Below, piece by piece: positions 1-10,720 of a stretch of DNA of 64,000 nucleotides. The notes beneath the pieces were generated by a model, which was given only the letters and a program-made list of their open reading frames with translations, did not search any database and was not told where the DNA came from. Source of the DNA: Sulfolobaceae archaeon (GTDB lineage Archaea > Thermoproteota > Thermoprotei_A > Sulfolobales > Sulfolobaceae); the NCBI GenBank assembly GCA_038893355.1, contig JAWARQ010000003.1, positions 126,787 through 190,786 on the forward strand, given 5' to 3'. Position 1 is the first letter of the stretch. Every line of letters begins with the position of its first letter. Both the position numbers and the translations under genes were made by a program.

Positions 1-297
1 GAAAAAATACAAGTATTAAGATTTGATGATTTAGAAAATATAAAGAAAACTATATTTGATTTATTAGAGATAATAAGAGTTTATACAAAAGAGCCTTTAG
101 AAGAACCGTCAAAGGATCCATTAATATTAAAGAAGGGTTCTACGGTATTAGATGTTGCTAGGAAATTACATAGTGAATTGGCAGAAAAATTAAAGTATGC
201 GAGGGTATGGGGAAAATCTGTAAAGTTTCAAGGCCAAAGAGTTGGACCAGATCATGTACTAGAAGATGGTGACATTGTAGAATTACATGTTAAATAA
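1..297 (+). CDS. C-terminal part of a DRG/Obg-family GTP-binding protein (TGS domain), truncated by window edge
   Basis: Frame +1 reads IRVYTKEP...GSTVLDVARKLH...YARVWGKSVKFQGQRVGPDHVLEDGDIVELH, stop TAA at 295-297; typical DRG TGS domain. Confidence 0.9.
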   Translation, partial: EKIQVLRFDDLENIKKTIFDLLEIIRVYTKEPLEEPSKDPLILKKGSTVLDVARKLHSELAEKLKYARVWGKSVKFQGQRVGPDHVLEDGDIVELHVK

Positions 298-1564
298 TAG
301 ATAGACCTATTAATAATAGTAAAATTGCAGTGAACCACTGACCATAGATTGCATTCATAAATGACGAGAAAATAATTATATAACCAATTACCCTTAAAAT
401 TTCTGGAAATTCTTCCTCTGTCTTCTTAAATTTAGGAGTTACCTTCCATGAATACTTACACTTAAAGATTCCTTTTAAATATCCTATTAAACTTGCAAAT
501 GTTGTTACTAACGCTATTCTAAAATTACCACTTACTTTAGAAATATTTTGATATATAGCTATGCATATAAAATAAATTATTAAAGAAGTAAAATATGTAA
601 AATAGCTAATATTTAATATTGGTTGAAATATAGCAAAAATTAGTAGTACAAAGAAGAATAGACTATTGATAAACCATTGTGAAATATAAAAAAATGCCTC
701 TATCCCATTTAATCCCCTCTTAATTAATTTAAGTGAAGTAAGAAATAATTCTCCAGAACCATAGGCCCATCTTTCAATTTGTCTGTAAAGATCTGAATTA
801 GTATAAGGAGCAAGAACACTCACTTTTACTTCGTCAATATAATTAACTTTATAATTATTATAAAAAAGACGTATCCCTAATTCAAGGTCTTCTGTAACTT
901 GACTCTTCCAGAACCCTATATTTTCTAAAACACTCTTTTCTATAACTAGAGCTGAACCATTTGGAAAAATAGGCAACCCTAATACATGTCTACCCTTAAA
1001 TAAAGAATTCATTACAAATTCATTCATTGAGGAATAAATCTTTGGAATTATGCCCTCATTATGATTTCTTATTTCTAATCTTAATGCATTAATTTTCTCA
1101 ATTTTATTAGTTAGTTTTATTAAAAAATCTTTTTCAATTCTAGCATCAGCATCTAAAAATACTAAATAAGTACCCTTTGCCTCTTTGCATCCGAGGTTCA
1201 GTGCACCTGCCTTTCCATCTTTCGGATTATCTCTTCTAATTATTTTAAAATTATATGGAATAGAAATACCATTAAAAATTTCATTAAATTTTTTTTCATC
1301 ATCATCAGATATAATTATTACCTCATATTTTTTCCAATTTAGTTCTTTAAGATTATCAATTAACTGTTTTATTACATCTCTGTTCTCATTTTTTATTGCA
1401 ACTATAATACTATAATAAATATCATCTTTCTGTTCCTTTTTATTATTATATAAATTAATAAATCTATTATATAAAAATGAGTATTTATAATAAATAATTT
1501 GAAGGATGAGCCATATCGATGAGATTATAGACGATAAAATTAAAATAAAATCAAAAATTTTCAT
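290..1564 (-). CDS. Family 2 glycosyltransferase, membrane-bound
   Basis: GKAGALN, FLDAD (DxD), TED and QxxRW (QIERW) motifs; N- and C-terminal TM helices. Confidence 0.88.
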   Translation of the reverse strand: MKIFDFILILSSIISSIWLILQIIYYKYSFLYNRFINLYNNKKEQKDDIYYSIIVAIKNENRDVIKQLIDNLKELNWKKYEVIIISDDDEKKFNEIFNGISIPYNFKIIRRDNPKDGKAGALNLGCKEAKGTYLVFLDADARIEKDFLIKLTNKIEKINALRLEIRNHNEGIIPKIYSSMNEFVMNSLFKGRHVLGLPIFPNGSALVIEKSVLENIGFWKSQVTEDLELGIRLFYNNYKVNYIDEVKVSVLAPYTNSDLYRQIERWAYGSGELFLTSLKLIKRGLNGIEAFFYISQWFINSLFFFVLLIFAIFQPILNISYFTYFTSLIIYFICIAIYQNISKVSGNFRIALVTTFASLIGYLKGIFKCKYSWKVTPKFKKTEEEFPEILRVIGYIIIFSSFMNAIYGQWFTAILLLLIGLSII

Positions 1565-2079
1565 TTTTTACTTGCTCTCTCTATAGCTATCTTAATTCTT
1601 TGCTTAGCATCTTCAGCACTTCCCCATCCAGAAACTTTTACCCACTTTCCAGGCTCGAGTTCCTTATAATGTTCAAAGAAGTGAATTATTTTATTCTTTA
1701 TAGATTCTGGAATATCCTTTACGTCCCTTATATTAGAATAAGTCGGATCTACTTTATCCTTTGGTACTGCAACTATCTTTGCATCTTCACCTTCTTCATC
1801 TCTCATAAATAATATCCCAACTGGCCTAACCTCTATTACAGACCCTGGCATTAATGGATAATTACCAATTACTAATACGTCTAAAGGATCACCATCCTCT
1901 TCTAGCGTGCCTGGAATAAAACCATAGTTAAATGGATAGAACATTGCAGTATAGAGTATTCTATCTACCTTTACCACACCTTCCTCCTCATCGAACTCAT
2001 ACTTTACATTAGATCCCATTGGTATTTCTATTAATACATTCACGATATTTGGAGCCTCTTTACCCGGGCCTAATTTCAT
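1561..2079 (-). CDS. ppa: Inorganic pyrophosphatase (family I)
   Basis: [23 protein letters not shown] signature. Confidence 0.97.
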   Translation of the reverse strand: MKLGPGKEAPNIVNVLIEIPMGSNVKYEFDEEEGVVKVDRILYTAMFYPFNYGFIPGTLEEDGDPLDVLVIGNYPLMPGSVIEVRPVGILFMRDEEGEDAKIVAVPKDKVDPTYSNIRDVKDIPESIKNKIIHFFEHYKELEPGKWVKVSGWGSAEDAKQRIKIAIERASKK

Positions 2080-2094
2080 TTATCACACCTATTC

Positions 2095-2643
2095 CTAACT
2101 ATTCTCGGTGCTTTTTATTATTTCAAATACTTTCTCTTTAATAGAAACAAATACTCCATCATTTAAAATCTCTTCAATTTCTCTTATACTGGAAGAAATA
2201 ATGTCATCAACATTAAAGCCCATCTTCTTATATCTAATAGCCTGTAAGCAAGTGGATAATTTATCACTTAGCCTTGCTATTCTTCCTTCAATGCTCAAGC
2301 CTTTATAATATTCTTCATATAATTCGATATTAGCATTAAGTTCTTTGATTGCTTTGATTTCCAAATTTATTTTCTCAGTTTTATTCATACTCTGAGTAGT
2401 CCATCTAGGAAGATCACCCATGATTGATTCAGCTATGTCATGAAAAAGGGCTATCACAGAAGCTCTATCTGGATTTACCTTAACTCCTAGTTTCAATAAC
2501 TCGTTTGAAATCTCATAAGCTAATATTGCTGCTTCAAATGAATGAGAAGCAACAGTTTCCCCTATCGCTGGTGGTATGCCATGTTGCATCCATCCAGTTC
2601 TAACTAAATTCTTCGAGCTAACTAAGATTTTCTCTAGATTCAT
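2095..2643 (-). CDS. HD-domain hydrolase (YfbR/HDDC2-like 5'-deoxynucleotidase)
   Basis: RTGW, ETVASHS, ALFHDIAE, GDLP and DKL motifs. Confidence 0.85.
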   Translation of the reverse strand: MNLEKILVSSKNLVRTGWMQHGIPPAIGETVASHSFEAAILAYEISNELLKLGVKVNPDRASVIALFHDIAESIMGDLPRWTTQSMNKTEKINLEIKAIKELNANIELYEEYYKGLSIEGRIARLSDKLSTCLQAIRYKKMGFNVDDIISSSIREIEEILNDGVFVSIKEKVFEIIKSTENS

Positions 2644-2652
2644 TATAATTAC

Positions 2653-3996
2653 CTATAAGTTATTGCATAATGACTTTAATATATCCATCATTTCATATAT
2701 ATTCGAAGTCCATAATCTTATCATCGCCTCTTTACCCTTTGCGCCTTTATCATATATTACGTTCGGAAAATTTTTCCCATACTCTTCATAAACTTTCTCA
2801 ACAATCCATTGCATAGTCTTACCTTCACCATGAGGTGGTTCTAATTCTCGATTTATCTCAACAACTTCATACCCATATGTCTTTAAGATATTTATTATTC
2901 TCTCATCATATCTTATATTAATTAAAGTATTTGCATTTACACCCTTAGATATTATTGATAATAATAATCTTGCAGTGTGCGTTGGCTTTCCAAATATTGG
3001 TGGCATTCCAACTCTAACTTTATTATCCCACTCTCTCACTATTCTCCCCTTAAAAGTTGCTATATCCTCTAGTCCTTCAACATAATTAGGATTAATGCTA
3101 TGAGCTAAGTTAGATTGAACTTCAGGAATTAAAAGATAAAACTTTTCTAAAGAATTTACAAATTCTGAAAATTCAATCATTTCTTGTATAACATCATACT
3201 TCATTGACTTCTTCTCGAGAATAACCATAGGGTCAATAGGACCAATCCCTTGACCTATTTCTAATCCATATCTTATTGCATTATAAACTAATTCCTTAGA
3301 CTTTAAGAATGCAGCTCTTATATCAAAACCTTTAATTAGGTATCCTAAAATTGCAGAGGCAAATACGCTTCCCGTACCATGTGTATGCTTTTTATTAATT
3401 CTCGGATATCCTATTTGATAAATTTCGTTAGATGAAGATATTAAAACATCAAAGCTCCATTCTCCTACTAAATGACCACCTTTCACGATAACACTATCAA
3501 CATTATACTCTTCCTTAATTTTCATTCCTGCTTTTATCGCATCATCTATACTCTTTATATTTATACCAGAAAGTAATGAAGCCTCTGGTGCATTTGGAGT
3601 TACAACAGTAGCTTCTTTTATTATTAACCTTTTATAATCATCCAGATCTTTAATAAGTTGAGTACCATCCTTTGCATAAATTACTGGGTCTACAACAAAA
3701 GGTTTTATATCTTTTAATAATCCACTAACTACTTCAAACTGAGATTTGTCATAAATCATTCCTAATTTTACTCCTTTTATTTTAAAGTCCTCTCTTAAAG
3801 TCTCTATTTGCCTTTTCAGAAATTCAGCTGGAATTGGTAAAATTTGTTTTATACCTTGTGTATTTTGTGCTGTTATTGCAGTTATTGCTATTAAACCATG
3901 AATACCCAAGATTTCAAGCGTCTTTAAATCTGCTTCAGCACCAGCACCATTACCAGTATCTATCCCTGCCACACTAAGTGCCACTTCTTTCCTCAA
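2653..3996 (-). CDS. thiD: Bifunctional HMP/HMP-P kinase and ThiN-type thiamine-phosphate synthase
   Basis: AGIDTGNGAG, DPV, TPN, KGGH, HTHGTG kinase motifs plus C-terminal IPEVQSN...GKEAMI ThiN domain. Confidence 0.92.
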   Translation of the reverse strand: MRKEVALSVAGIDTGNGAGAEADLKTLEILGIHGLIAITAITAQNTQGIKQILPIPAEFLKRQIETLREDFKIKGVKLGMIYDKSQFEVVSGLLKDIKPFVVDPVIYAKDGTQLIKDLDDYKRLIIKEATVVTPNAPEASLLSGINIKSIDDAIKAGMKIKEEYNVDSVIVKGGHLVGEWSFDVLISSSNEIYQIGYPRINKKHTHGTGSVFASAILGYLIKGFDIRAAFLKSKELVYNAIRYGLEIGQGIGPIDPMVILEKKSMKYDVIQEMIEFSEFVNSLEKFYLLIPEVQSNLAHSINPNYVEGLEDIATFKGRIVREWDNKVRVGMPPIFGKPTHTARLLLSIISKGVNANTLINIRYDERIINILKTYGYEVVEINRELEPPHGEGKTMQWIVEKVYEEYGKNFPNVIYDKGAKGKEAMIRLWTSNIYEMMDILKSLCNNL

Positions 3997-4681
3997 TTCT
4001 CCTCACCCTAGTACTTCCTGCTACAACCCAGTATTCTCCATCATCTCTAATTTCTAATTTCCATATCCCAGTAGTATGTTTAACTAACTCAAGCGCCTCT
4101 TCTACAGCCTTGAAAGTTTCATGTCTATCTTTCCCAATTCCTATAATAAGTATAACATCTTCTCCAGGCTTCATATCGCCTATTGAATGAAAGATTTTAA
4201 TGTTAGTTATAGATTTATATTTCCTTTTAATTTCTTCTTGGATCTCAATGAGTCTCTTTCTAGTATATTCTTCGTAACTTTGATATCTTAGCTCAAAAAC
4301 TCTATGATTTTCAACAACACCCTTTACAAAACCAATGTATATAACCATTGAACCAGAATCAATAGTTGCTTCTTCTCTTGCCTTCCTTATCTCTTCTAGT
4401 ACGTCTAGTTTTCCATAAACTATCGATCCGCCAGATGGTGGTGGTAAAAATGCAATCTCATCATTTTCGTTAATCTCATCCACATTCTGCTTGCCATTTA
4501 TCAAAATTATAATTTTTATACCATTATATCCTTCTTTAATTATCTTACCAAAATTCTCACCATATCTCTCAGCTAATTGTTCTACTAGACAATCAATTTT
4601 CTTACATGTTGTATCTATGTACTCCTCGCTTTTCCTTGTAAAATCTGTAAGAAATGCAAAGTATCTTACTTTTACTTTCAT
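3974..4681 (-). CDS. MoaD-MoaE fusion (molybdopterin synthase)
   Basis: N-terminal VKVRYFA...LPPPSGG ubiquitin-like domain, then MoaE-like F.GFV, L.Y.SY, VKH...IWKLE. Confidence 0.88.
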   Translation of the reverse strand: MKVKVRYFAFLTDFTRKSEEYIDTTCKKIDCLVEQLAERYGENFGKIIKEGYNGIKIIILINGKQNVDEINENDEIAFLPPPSGGSIVYGKLDVLEEIRKAREEATIDSGSMVIYIGFVKGVVENHRVFELRYQSYEEYTRKRLIEIQEEIKRKYKSITNIKIFHSIGDMKPGEDVILIIGIGKDRHETFKAVEEALELVKHTTGIWKLEIRDDGEYWVVAGSTRVRRIEERSGT

Positions 4682-4716
4682 TAGCTCCCAGTAATATAAT
4701 AATCTTTCAGCATAAT

Positions 4717-5160
4717 ATGGATGATTTATTAGAAGTATTAGAAAGTTTAGAGCATAGTAAGAAGGTTAATGATAACATTAGATATGACTTTTTGAAGAAA
4801 CTAGATGAGATTAATTCTAATCTTCAATTTTTAATAAAATTATTCTTATCTAGTAATAAGAAAGATAATGATAATACTTCTAATTTATGTAATAATGTTC
4901 TTGAAAAAGGTTTTATCATTACTAATAATATAAAAAAGAATTTGCATCCCAATTATTTTATATTAGAATTAACTAATAATGAATATTTTGTAACATTTAC
5001 AGAAATTATTGAATTACTCAAATTCTATTTCGAAAAGTATGACGACGAGGAAGAATTAATAAATAATATGCCTAAAAAATTATTAAATTTATTTCATTTT
5101 TTAAAAAGAAACGGTCTGGTATATTATGATAGGGAAAAAAGGAGATATAAGTTAGTTTAA
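4717..5160 (+). CDS. Hypothetical protein, possible C-terminal winged helix
   Basis: ATG at 4717 preferred because the 4654 start overlaps the divergent gene; C-terminus LKRNGLVYYD resembles a wing. Confidence 0.6.
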   Translation: MDDLLEVLESLEHSKKVNDNIRYDFLKKLDEINSNLQFLIKLFLSSNKKDNDNTSNLCNNVLEKGFIITNNIKKNLHPNYFILELTNNEYFVTFTEIIELLKFYFEKYDDEEELINNMPKKLLNLFHFLKRNGLVYYDREKRRYKLV

Positions 5161-5173
5161 TACAATTCATTTC

Positions 5174-5929
5174 ATGGTTGATATCGAAATAGTGGTTCCA
5201 ATAAGTATTTCAGGAGTATGGATTCCAAGGTTCCATGAACTACCAGAGTATACTGGATCTTTAGGTATTGCATTAGTTTTAGAACCACCAATAATTGCTA
5301 TGCCAAGAAAATCAGGATTAAAATTAATTTATAATAATTATATTATTAGTAATTTTCCTAATTTAAATATATTAAAGAATTTAGGTGAGTTAAGCCTGAT
5401 AATCGAATCTAAAGTTCCTTTAGGTTATGGATATGGTGTAAGTGCATCAATAAGCTTAGCTTATGCATTAGCTGCTTATGAATATGGATACGCAGATCTT
5501 AAAAGGGCTTTAATTACCGCTCATGTCAGTGAAGTAGTTAATAAAAATGGTTTAGGAGATGTTATAGTACAGTGGGCTGGTGGGGGTTTAGTTTATAGGA
5601 AAAAACCAGGTGCACCATTTATCGGAGAAGTAGAGAAAATAGATACTAATTTTAAAGGATTAATTTACTCAAAACCCTTAGAAAAAATACCAACTTCAAC
5701 TATAATCAGAGAAACACCTGCAGAAGATTTAATTAATGAGTTCTTAAAATTTAAAAGCATTGAGAAATTCTTTGAAGTTGCAAGAAAGTTCAATGAGAGA
5801 TTAGGATTTATTACAGAATATCCTAATTCCTTTAGAAAGAAAGGAGTAATAGTTATATTAGGTAATCCTACACTATCAGAATCATGGATAAAACACAATC
5901 TAGCAAAGTATGGAGCATACGTTCGTTAA
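5174..5929 (+). CDS. Pantoate kinase (GHMP family)
   Basis: [14 protein letters not shown] motif, AHVSEV..NGLGDV; adjacent to PPS and PanB. Confidence 0.88.
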   Translation: MVDIEIVVPISISGVWIPRFHELPEYTGSLGIALVLEPPIIAMPRKSGLKLIYNNYIISNFPNLNILKNLGELSLIIESKVPLGYGYGVSASISLAYALAAYEYGYADLKRALITAHVSEVVNKNGLGDVIVQWAGGGLVYRKKPGAPFIGEVEKIDTNFKGLIYSKPLEKIPTSTIIRETPAEDLINEFLKFKSIEKFFEVARKFNERLGFITEYPNSFRKKGVIVILGNPTLSESWIKHNLAKYGAYVR

Positions 5930-6684
5930 TTCCTGATAATCACCCAAGGCGAGAATCTTTACTAGTAAGAGAAAAGATTGTAGAGGCTATGGAAAAAGGT
6001 GTAGTTATTCCACAAGGACTTATAGCTCACGGTAGAGGTGAATGTTTTGATTATTTAATAGGTGAGAAAACTCAGCCATTTGCGGAGAAAGCGATCTCAG
6101 CAGCTGCAGCTCTACTATTACTAGCACAATATCCCGTTATTTCAGTTAACGGTAATGTTGCTGCATTAGTACCTAAAGAAATTGTCAAAATTGCTGAAGA
6201 GTTGAATGCAAAAATCGAGGTTAACATATTTTATAGATCGTTAGAAAGAGAAAAAGCCATAGAAAGTGTATTAAAGGATGCAGGTGCAAAGGAAGTCCTT
6301 GGAGTAGGAGAAGACGCTTCAGAAGTAATTCCAGAGTTATTTAGTGAGAGACGAAGAGTCAGTAAGAGAGGAATTTTTAGTGCAGATGTAGTCCTCTTAG
6401 GATTAGAAGACGGTGATAGGACTCAAGCTCTAGTAAAAATGGGTAAAAAGGTTATAGCGATAGATATAAATCCCCTTTCAAGAACCTCTATAACTGCAAA
6501 TATAACTATAATTGATAATATAATACGGGCAATGCCAAAGTTATTGGATAAGATAAGGGAGTATAAAGGAAAAAGTAAAGAAGAATTACAAAAAATTATA
6601 GAAAATTATGATAATAAGCAAGTATTAAGGGAAAGTATACTATTTATTAGAGATAGATTACTTCAGCTCTCTAAAGATCTATAA
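5884..6684 (+). CDS. 4-phosphopantoate--beta-alanine ligase (phosphopantothenate synthetase)
   Basis: [40 protein letters not shown] motifs. Confidence 0.95.
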   Translation: MDKTQSSKVWSIRSLIPDNHPRRESLLVREKIVEAMEKGVVIPQGLIAHGRGECFDYLIGEKTQPFAEKAISAAAALLLLAQYPVISVNGNVAALVPKEIVKIAEELNAKIEVNIFYRSLEREKAIESVLKDAGAKEVLGVGEDASEVIPELFSERRRVSKRGIFSADVVLLGLEDGDRTQALVKMGKKVIAIDINPLSRTSITANITIIDNIIRAMPKLLDKIREYKGKSKEELQKIIENYDNKQVLRESILFIRDRLLQLSKDL

Positions 6685-7460
6685 TTTTCTTTACTTGGGA
6701 ATTTACCTTCTTTCACATCACTTATAAAATTATTGATAGCATCCTTAATTAATTTATAAAGTTCTAAATACGCCTTAGCAAAATAAGGTCTATTTTCACT
6801 GAATCCTAATAGATCATGTATTACTAAGATTTGTCCATCACAATATGGTCCAGATCCAATACATATAGTGGGTACTTTAACGGTTTCGGTAATAGTTTTA
6901 GCAACTTCTGCATAAGTATTCTCAATTACTATTGAAAATACTCCTACCCTCTCTAAAGCTTTTGCGTCCTCAATAAGCTGATCATAATTCTCCTTTCCCA
7001 TAATTCTATAGCCTCCTAATTTTAAATATCGTTGAGGAGTAAGTCCTATGTGCCCCATAACTGGAATTCCTGCCCTAATAATTGCCTTAACTACATCTAA
7101 AAATTCTTCACCACCCTCAATTTTTACAGCATCTGCACCATTTTTCACCAATTTTCCAGCATTCTCTACTGCTTCCTCAACGGACTTTTCATAGCTTAAG
7201 AAAGGCATGTCGGCTACGATTAGCTGTGGAGGGTTAGCCCTAACTACTGCCCTTAGGTGGTGAATAATTTCACTAAGCTTTACTGGCAAAGTTGAATTAT
7301 ACCCTAACACTACCATTCCCAAAGAATCACCAACTAAAATTCCATCTAGTTGTGTTGTTGAAATTATCTTTGTAGTGGGATAATCATAGGAAGTTAGCAT
7401 TACTATCTTCTCTCTTTGAGACTTCTTTTTAAGAAAATCCCTTATCGTAATCTTTTTCAT
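6663..7460 (-). CDS. panB: 3-methyl-2-oxobutanoate hydroxymethyltransferase
   Basis: [35 protein letters not shown]. Confidence 0.96.
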   Translation of the reverse strand: MKKITIRDFLKKKSQREKIVMLTSYDYPTTKIISTTQLDGILVGDSLGMVVLGYNSTLPVKLSEIIHHLRAVVRANPPQLIVADMPFLSYEKSVEEAVENAGKLVKNGADAVKIEGGEEFLDVVKAIIRAGIPVMGHIGLTPQRYLKLGGYRIMGKENYDQLIEDAKALERVGVFSIVIENTYAEVAKTITETVKVPTICIGSGPYCDGQILVIHDLLGFSENRPYFAKAYLELYKLIKDAINNFISDVKEGKFPSKENYRSLES

Positions 7461-7497
7461 TTATAATAGTCTAAAGTATAGTGAATTATAAGTTAAA

Positions 7498-8172
7498 ATG
7501 TATTGTGGAGAGCTCTCAGAGACATGCTGGCTAAATTTTTATCATCAAATTAGAAAGATTTTCGGATTTAATTATATACAAGATTATAAAGCAGCAGAAA
7601 TAGCAAATATGTTAATTTCAGAAGATTTGGAAAATGTTTTAGAAAATAAAATTAGTGGAAAAACTGTTGCAATAATAGGTGCTGGACCTAATCTTGAAAA
7701 TCTAAAAGAAAGGCCAAATGAAGAGGTTATCATAGCTGCTGATGGCGCATCGAACTATTTGGCTAATAAGTTAGGAATTTTACCAGATATAGTAGTTACT
7801 GACCTAGATGGTATAGAGAAGTTTTATAGGGGAATTTTATATATAATTCATGCACATGGAGATAACATTCACCTTTTATTAAGGTTAGGAAGGTTAGATA
7901 ATGCAGTAGTAACTGCGCAAGTAGAACCTTTTGGCAAATTAAAGTTATATGGGGGATTTACTGATGGTGATAGGGCGGTTGTAATTGCTTATCGCTTCGG
8001 CGCTTCAAGAATAAGAATATATGGAATGGATTTTGAATCTGGATTAGTTGGCAAGTATTCGAAACCTTATTTAAGGGAGCATACCCCCGCAAGTTACATT
8101 AAGAGGAAGAAATTAAAAATAGCAAAGTTAATTATAGAGAATATTATTGATAAGTATAAAACTAATCCCTAA
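7498..8172 (+). CDS. 6-hydroxymethylpterin diphosphokinase MptE-like
   Basis: GAGP, AADGA, VTDLDG, HAHGDN, GGFTDGDRA, GMDF motifs. Confidence 0.88.
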   Translation: MYCGELSETCWLNFYHQIRKIFGFNYIQDYKAAEIANMLISEDLENVLENKISGKTVAIIGAGPNLENLKERPNEEVIIAADGASNYLANKLGILPDIVVTDLDGIEKFYRGILYIIHAHGDNIHLLLRLGRLDNAVVTAQVEPFGKLKLYGGFTDGDRAVVIAYRFGASRIRIYGMDFESGLVGKYSKPYLREHTPASYIKRKKLKIAKLIIENIIDKYKTNP

Positions 8173-8210
8173 GCTAGATTTATTAATTATAAGTAATTAA
8201 TAATAATAAC

Positions 8211-8290
8211 GAGTAATGGGGTATCTAGCCCTCGGACTGCCTAGTAAGGCTGTATGATGAGGGTTTCCTGCCGTGGCTTCACGTTACATT
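8211..8290 (+). ncRNA. K-turn hairpin RNA (H/ACA-like, possibly tnpB-3'-end derived)
   Basis: GC-rich island; GCCCTCG-GA...TAT-GA-TGAGGGT K-turn with GCCT-AGTA-AGGC apical hairpin; basal GTAATG/CGTTAC stem, ACA at 8286 and T-run; TTTATTAA ~30 nt upstream. Confidence 0.55.
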
Positions 8291-8321
8291 TTTATTGCTT
8301 CTTTACAACCCACATTAGAAA

Positions 8322-9050
8322 ATGAATTCAGATTTAATTTATCCCATGCAATTACTATACTCTTTACTAATGTTAACACATACTTCAATTCTTGATATTA
8401 AGTATAGGGAAATAGAGCCAAAAATATGGTTAATCTATTTACCTTTAATAATTTTTTTATATTTTAATATTCAAAAACTTAATTTAACGATATATTTAAT
8501 TTCGTTAATAATTACTAACTTATTAGTTTATATATTGTATAAACTTTCAATGCTAGGTGGAGCTGATGTAATAGCTACAGCTTTATTATCATTAGGAAAT
8601 TCATCAGTATCACCATTAATATATTTAAATAATTTGGTAACTATAGGACTAGAACCATTGGTCTTACTACTATACTCATCACTTATCATTGCAATAGTAG
8701 GAATTATAAACTTTGCCAGAAATTTTAAGTATACGAAGAATATGAAAATATATGATAGAATATTATTAGCATTTAATGGTAAAAGAATGAAAGTAAAAGA
8801 TTTTATAACTAGTAAATTTTATTTCCCACTAACAATTATAGATGAAAAAGGAAATATTTCAATAAGAACGAATTTTTCTATCGAAGAAGATGATAAGTAC
8901 TGGAGGGATATGTATAGAGAGCTTGTTAAGAAAGGTATAATAAGTGAGGATGAGTACATTTGGGTATCTTGGGGAGTTCCAGTATTGCCATTTATTAGTA
9001 TTGGTTACATAGTTAGCATAATTATAGGATTCCCTATATATCAAAAATAA
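8322..9050 (+). CDS. pibD: Prepilin/prearchaellin peptidase (A24)
   Basis: Two catalytic Asp motifs (SILDIKYRE, GGAD), multiple TM helices, C-terminal WVSWGVP. Confidence 0.85.
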   Translation: MNSDLIYPMQLLYSLLMLTHTSILDIKYREIEPKIWLIYLPLIIFLYFNIQKLNLTIYLISLIITNLLVYILYKLSMLGGADVIATALLSLGNSSVSPLIYLNNLVTIGLEPLVLLLYSSLIIAIVGIINFARNFKYTKNMKIYDRILLAFNGKRMKVKDFITSKFYFPLTIIDEKGNISIRTNFSIEEDDKYWRDMYRELVKKGIISEDEYIWVSWGVPVLPFISIGYIVSIIIGFPIYQK

Positions 9051-9081
9051 ATTAAAGGAGTGAGGTATATATAAAAATAAA

Positions 9082-9891
9082 TTGTATATTTCAAAGATAT
9101 TAATAGTAGGTAGTAAGAATACGAGAACTAGAAAGATATTAGAAACCTCTTTAAAAGAACTAGGTTATTTTGTAAATTATAAAAATAGTAACGGAATTAT
9201 ATATATAGGGAATTTAAGTAAAAAAATATTATTAAAATTATTAAATAATAAAGCTAAGATTATAATATTTGTAGATACTAACGGAGAGTATGTTATTCCA
9301 CTAACTGGCGAAGAGAGAGGTGGGAGTATTATTGGTGGTATAATCGCGGATATATTAAATGCACAATTAATACTGACCTCTAAATTCTCGGAAAAAGGTT
9401 TAATTAGCATAAAGGAGTTTTGTTGGATTAATGCATTGAAACCATTAAATTCCTATAAAATAAAAGAAATAAATAATAAATTTATAAGAAATAAATTAAT
9501 TAAAATATACAATGATGATTTAACTAGAGACTATTACATACCTGATGGATATGAAAGTACAAATTCCCCTGAAAATGCAGATATAATTATCAGCGAAAAA
9601 AACTATTGGCTAAAAGAGAAGTTAATTCTAAAGCCTATTCAAGTAATAGTTGGAGTATTATATAAGAAGAATGTACCAGAGCAGGTTATAAAAAATGTCA
9701 TAGAACTAACAAATAAGTCAATTGGAATCTCGCCAAGAAGAGTAGATAAGATAATTCGTAAAGAATTTGAAGAGGATATAAAATTAAATATATGTAAAAG
9801 TTTGTTATTAACAAATAATGCGAGAATAATACTTAAACCCAGTAAAAGAGCACTTAACGTATATACATGCCTAGGAGTTAGTTCTTTTTAA
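9082..9891 (+). CDS. Divergent CbiG-like protein
   Basis: VDTNGEYVIPLTGEERGG...IADILNAQLILTS resembles the CbiG N-terminal domain; TTG start. Confidence 0.55.
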   Translation: MYISKILIVGSKNTRTRKILETSLKELGYFVNYKNSNGIIYIGNLSKKILLKLLNNKAKIIIFVDTNGEYVIPLTGEERGGSIIGGIIADILNAQLILTSKFSEKGLISIKEFCWINALKPLNSYKIKEINNKFIRNKLIKIYNDDLTRDYYIPDGYESTNSPENADIIISEKNYWLKEKLILKPIQVIVGVLYKKNVPEQVIKNVIELTNKSIGISPRRVDKIIRKEFEEDIKLNICKSLLLTNNARIILKPSKRALNVYTCLGVSSF

Positions 9892-10184
9892 ACATCTAAC
9901 GAGATTTTATATAGTTTAATATTATTTTGCAATTTTTATCTCTTCATTTCTTATTATCTACTTAGATAGAAAATAAGCACTAGAGAAAAGGTTTATGAAG
10001 ATCATGAAATTTAATTATTTCCCGATAAATACTTTAAGAGAACATTGACTTAATATAAAGGTTTAAAATAACTTAATTAATTATATATTATTAAAAGTAA
10101 AATTAAATAATAATTTCTTATAAATTTTTAAACCCTGATATTTACTCTAAAAATTCTTAAGGCTAAAGTTTATTTTACGTATAC

Positions 10185-10694
10185 ATGCCAATAGAAGAGT
10201 ATTTAGGTAAAAGACCTAAAATATCTCCAAGAGCATGGGTTCATCCTACTGCTTATATTATAGGCGATGTAGAGATAGGAGAAATGAGTAGCATCTGGCA
10301 TTATGTTGTGATAAGGGGTGATAATGATAAGATAAGAATAGGAAAGTATTCTAACATTCAAGAAAATTCAACTGTACATACAGATTTAAATAATCCAGTA
10401 GAGATCGGCGATATGGTAACAGTTGGTCACAATGCAGTGATCCATGGAGCAAAGATAGAATCTCATGTGATAGTAGGTATGGGTGCAATTCTCCTAAATG
10501 GATGCAAGATAGGAGAATACACTATAATAGGTGCTGGTGCTGTTGTTACACAAAATACAGAAATACCACCCTACAGTTTAGCACTAGGAGTACCAGCTAA
10601 AGTTATAAGAAAATTAAGGGAAGATGAAATAAAAATGATAGACTCAAATGCTGAAGAATATGTAGCTCATGTGAGGAGATTTCTAAAATTATAA
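10185..10694 (+). CDS. Gamma-carbonic anhydrase family protein
   Basis: Hexapeptide repeats, RGD, NIQENSTVH, GHNAVIHG zinc His residues. Confidence 0.92.
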   Translation: MPIEEYLGKRPKISPRAWVHPTAYIIGDVEIGEMSSIWHYVVIRGDNDKIRIGKYSNIQENSTVHTDLNNPVEIGDMVTVGHNAVIHGAKIESHVIVGMGAILLNGCKIGEYTIIGAGAVVTQNTEIPPYSLALGVPAKVIRKLREDEIKMIDSNAEEYVAHVRRFLKL

Positions 10695-10720
10695 AACATA
10701 ACTTAAATTCTCTTACAAAA

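Noticed and set aside
8216-8257. 13-aa ORF MGYLALGLPSKAV as a leader peptide
   Set aside because: Lies wholly inside the K-turn hairpin and is too short to support
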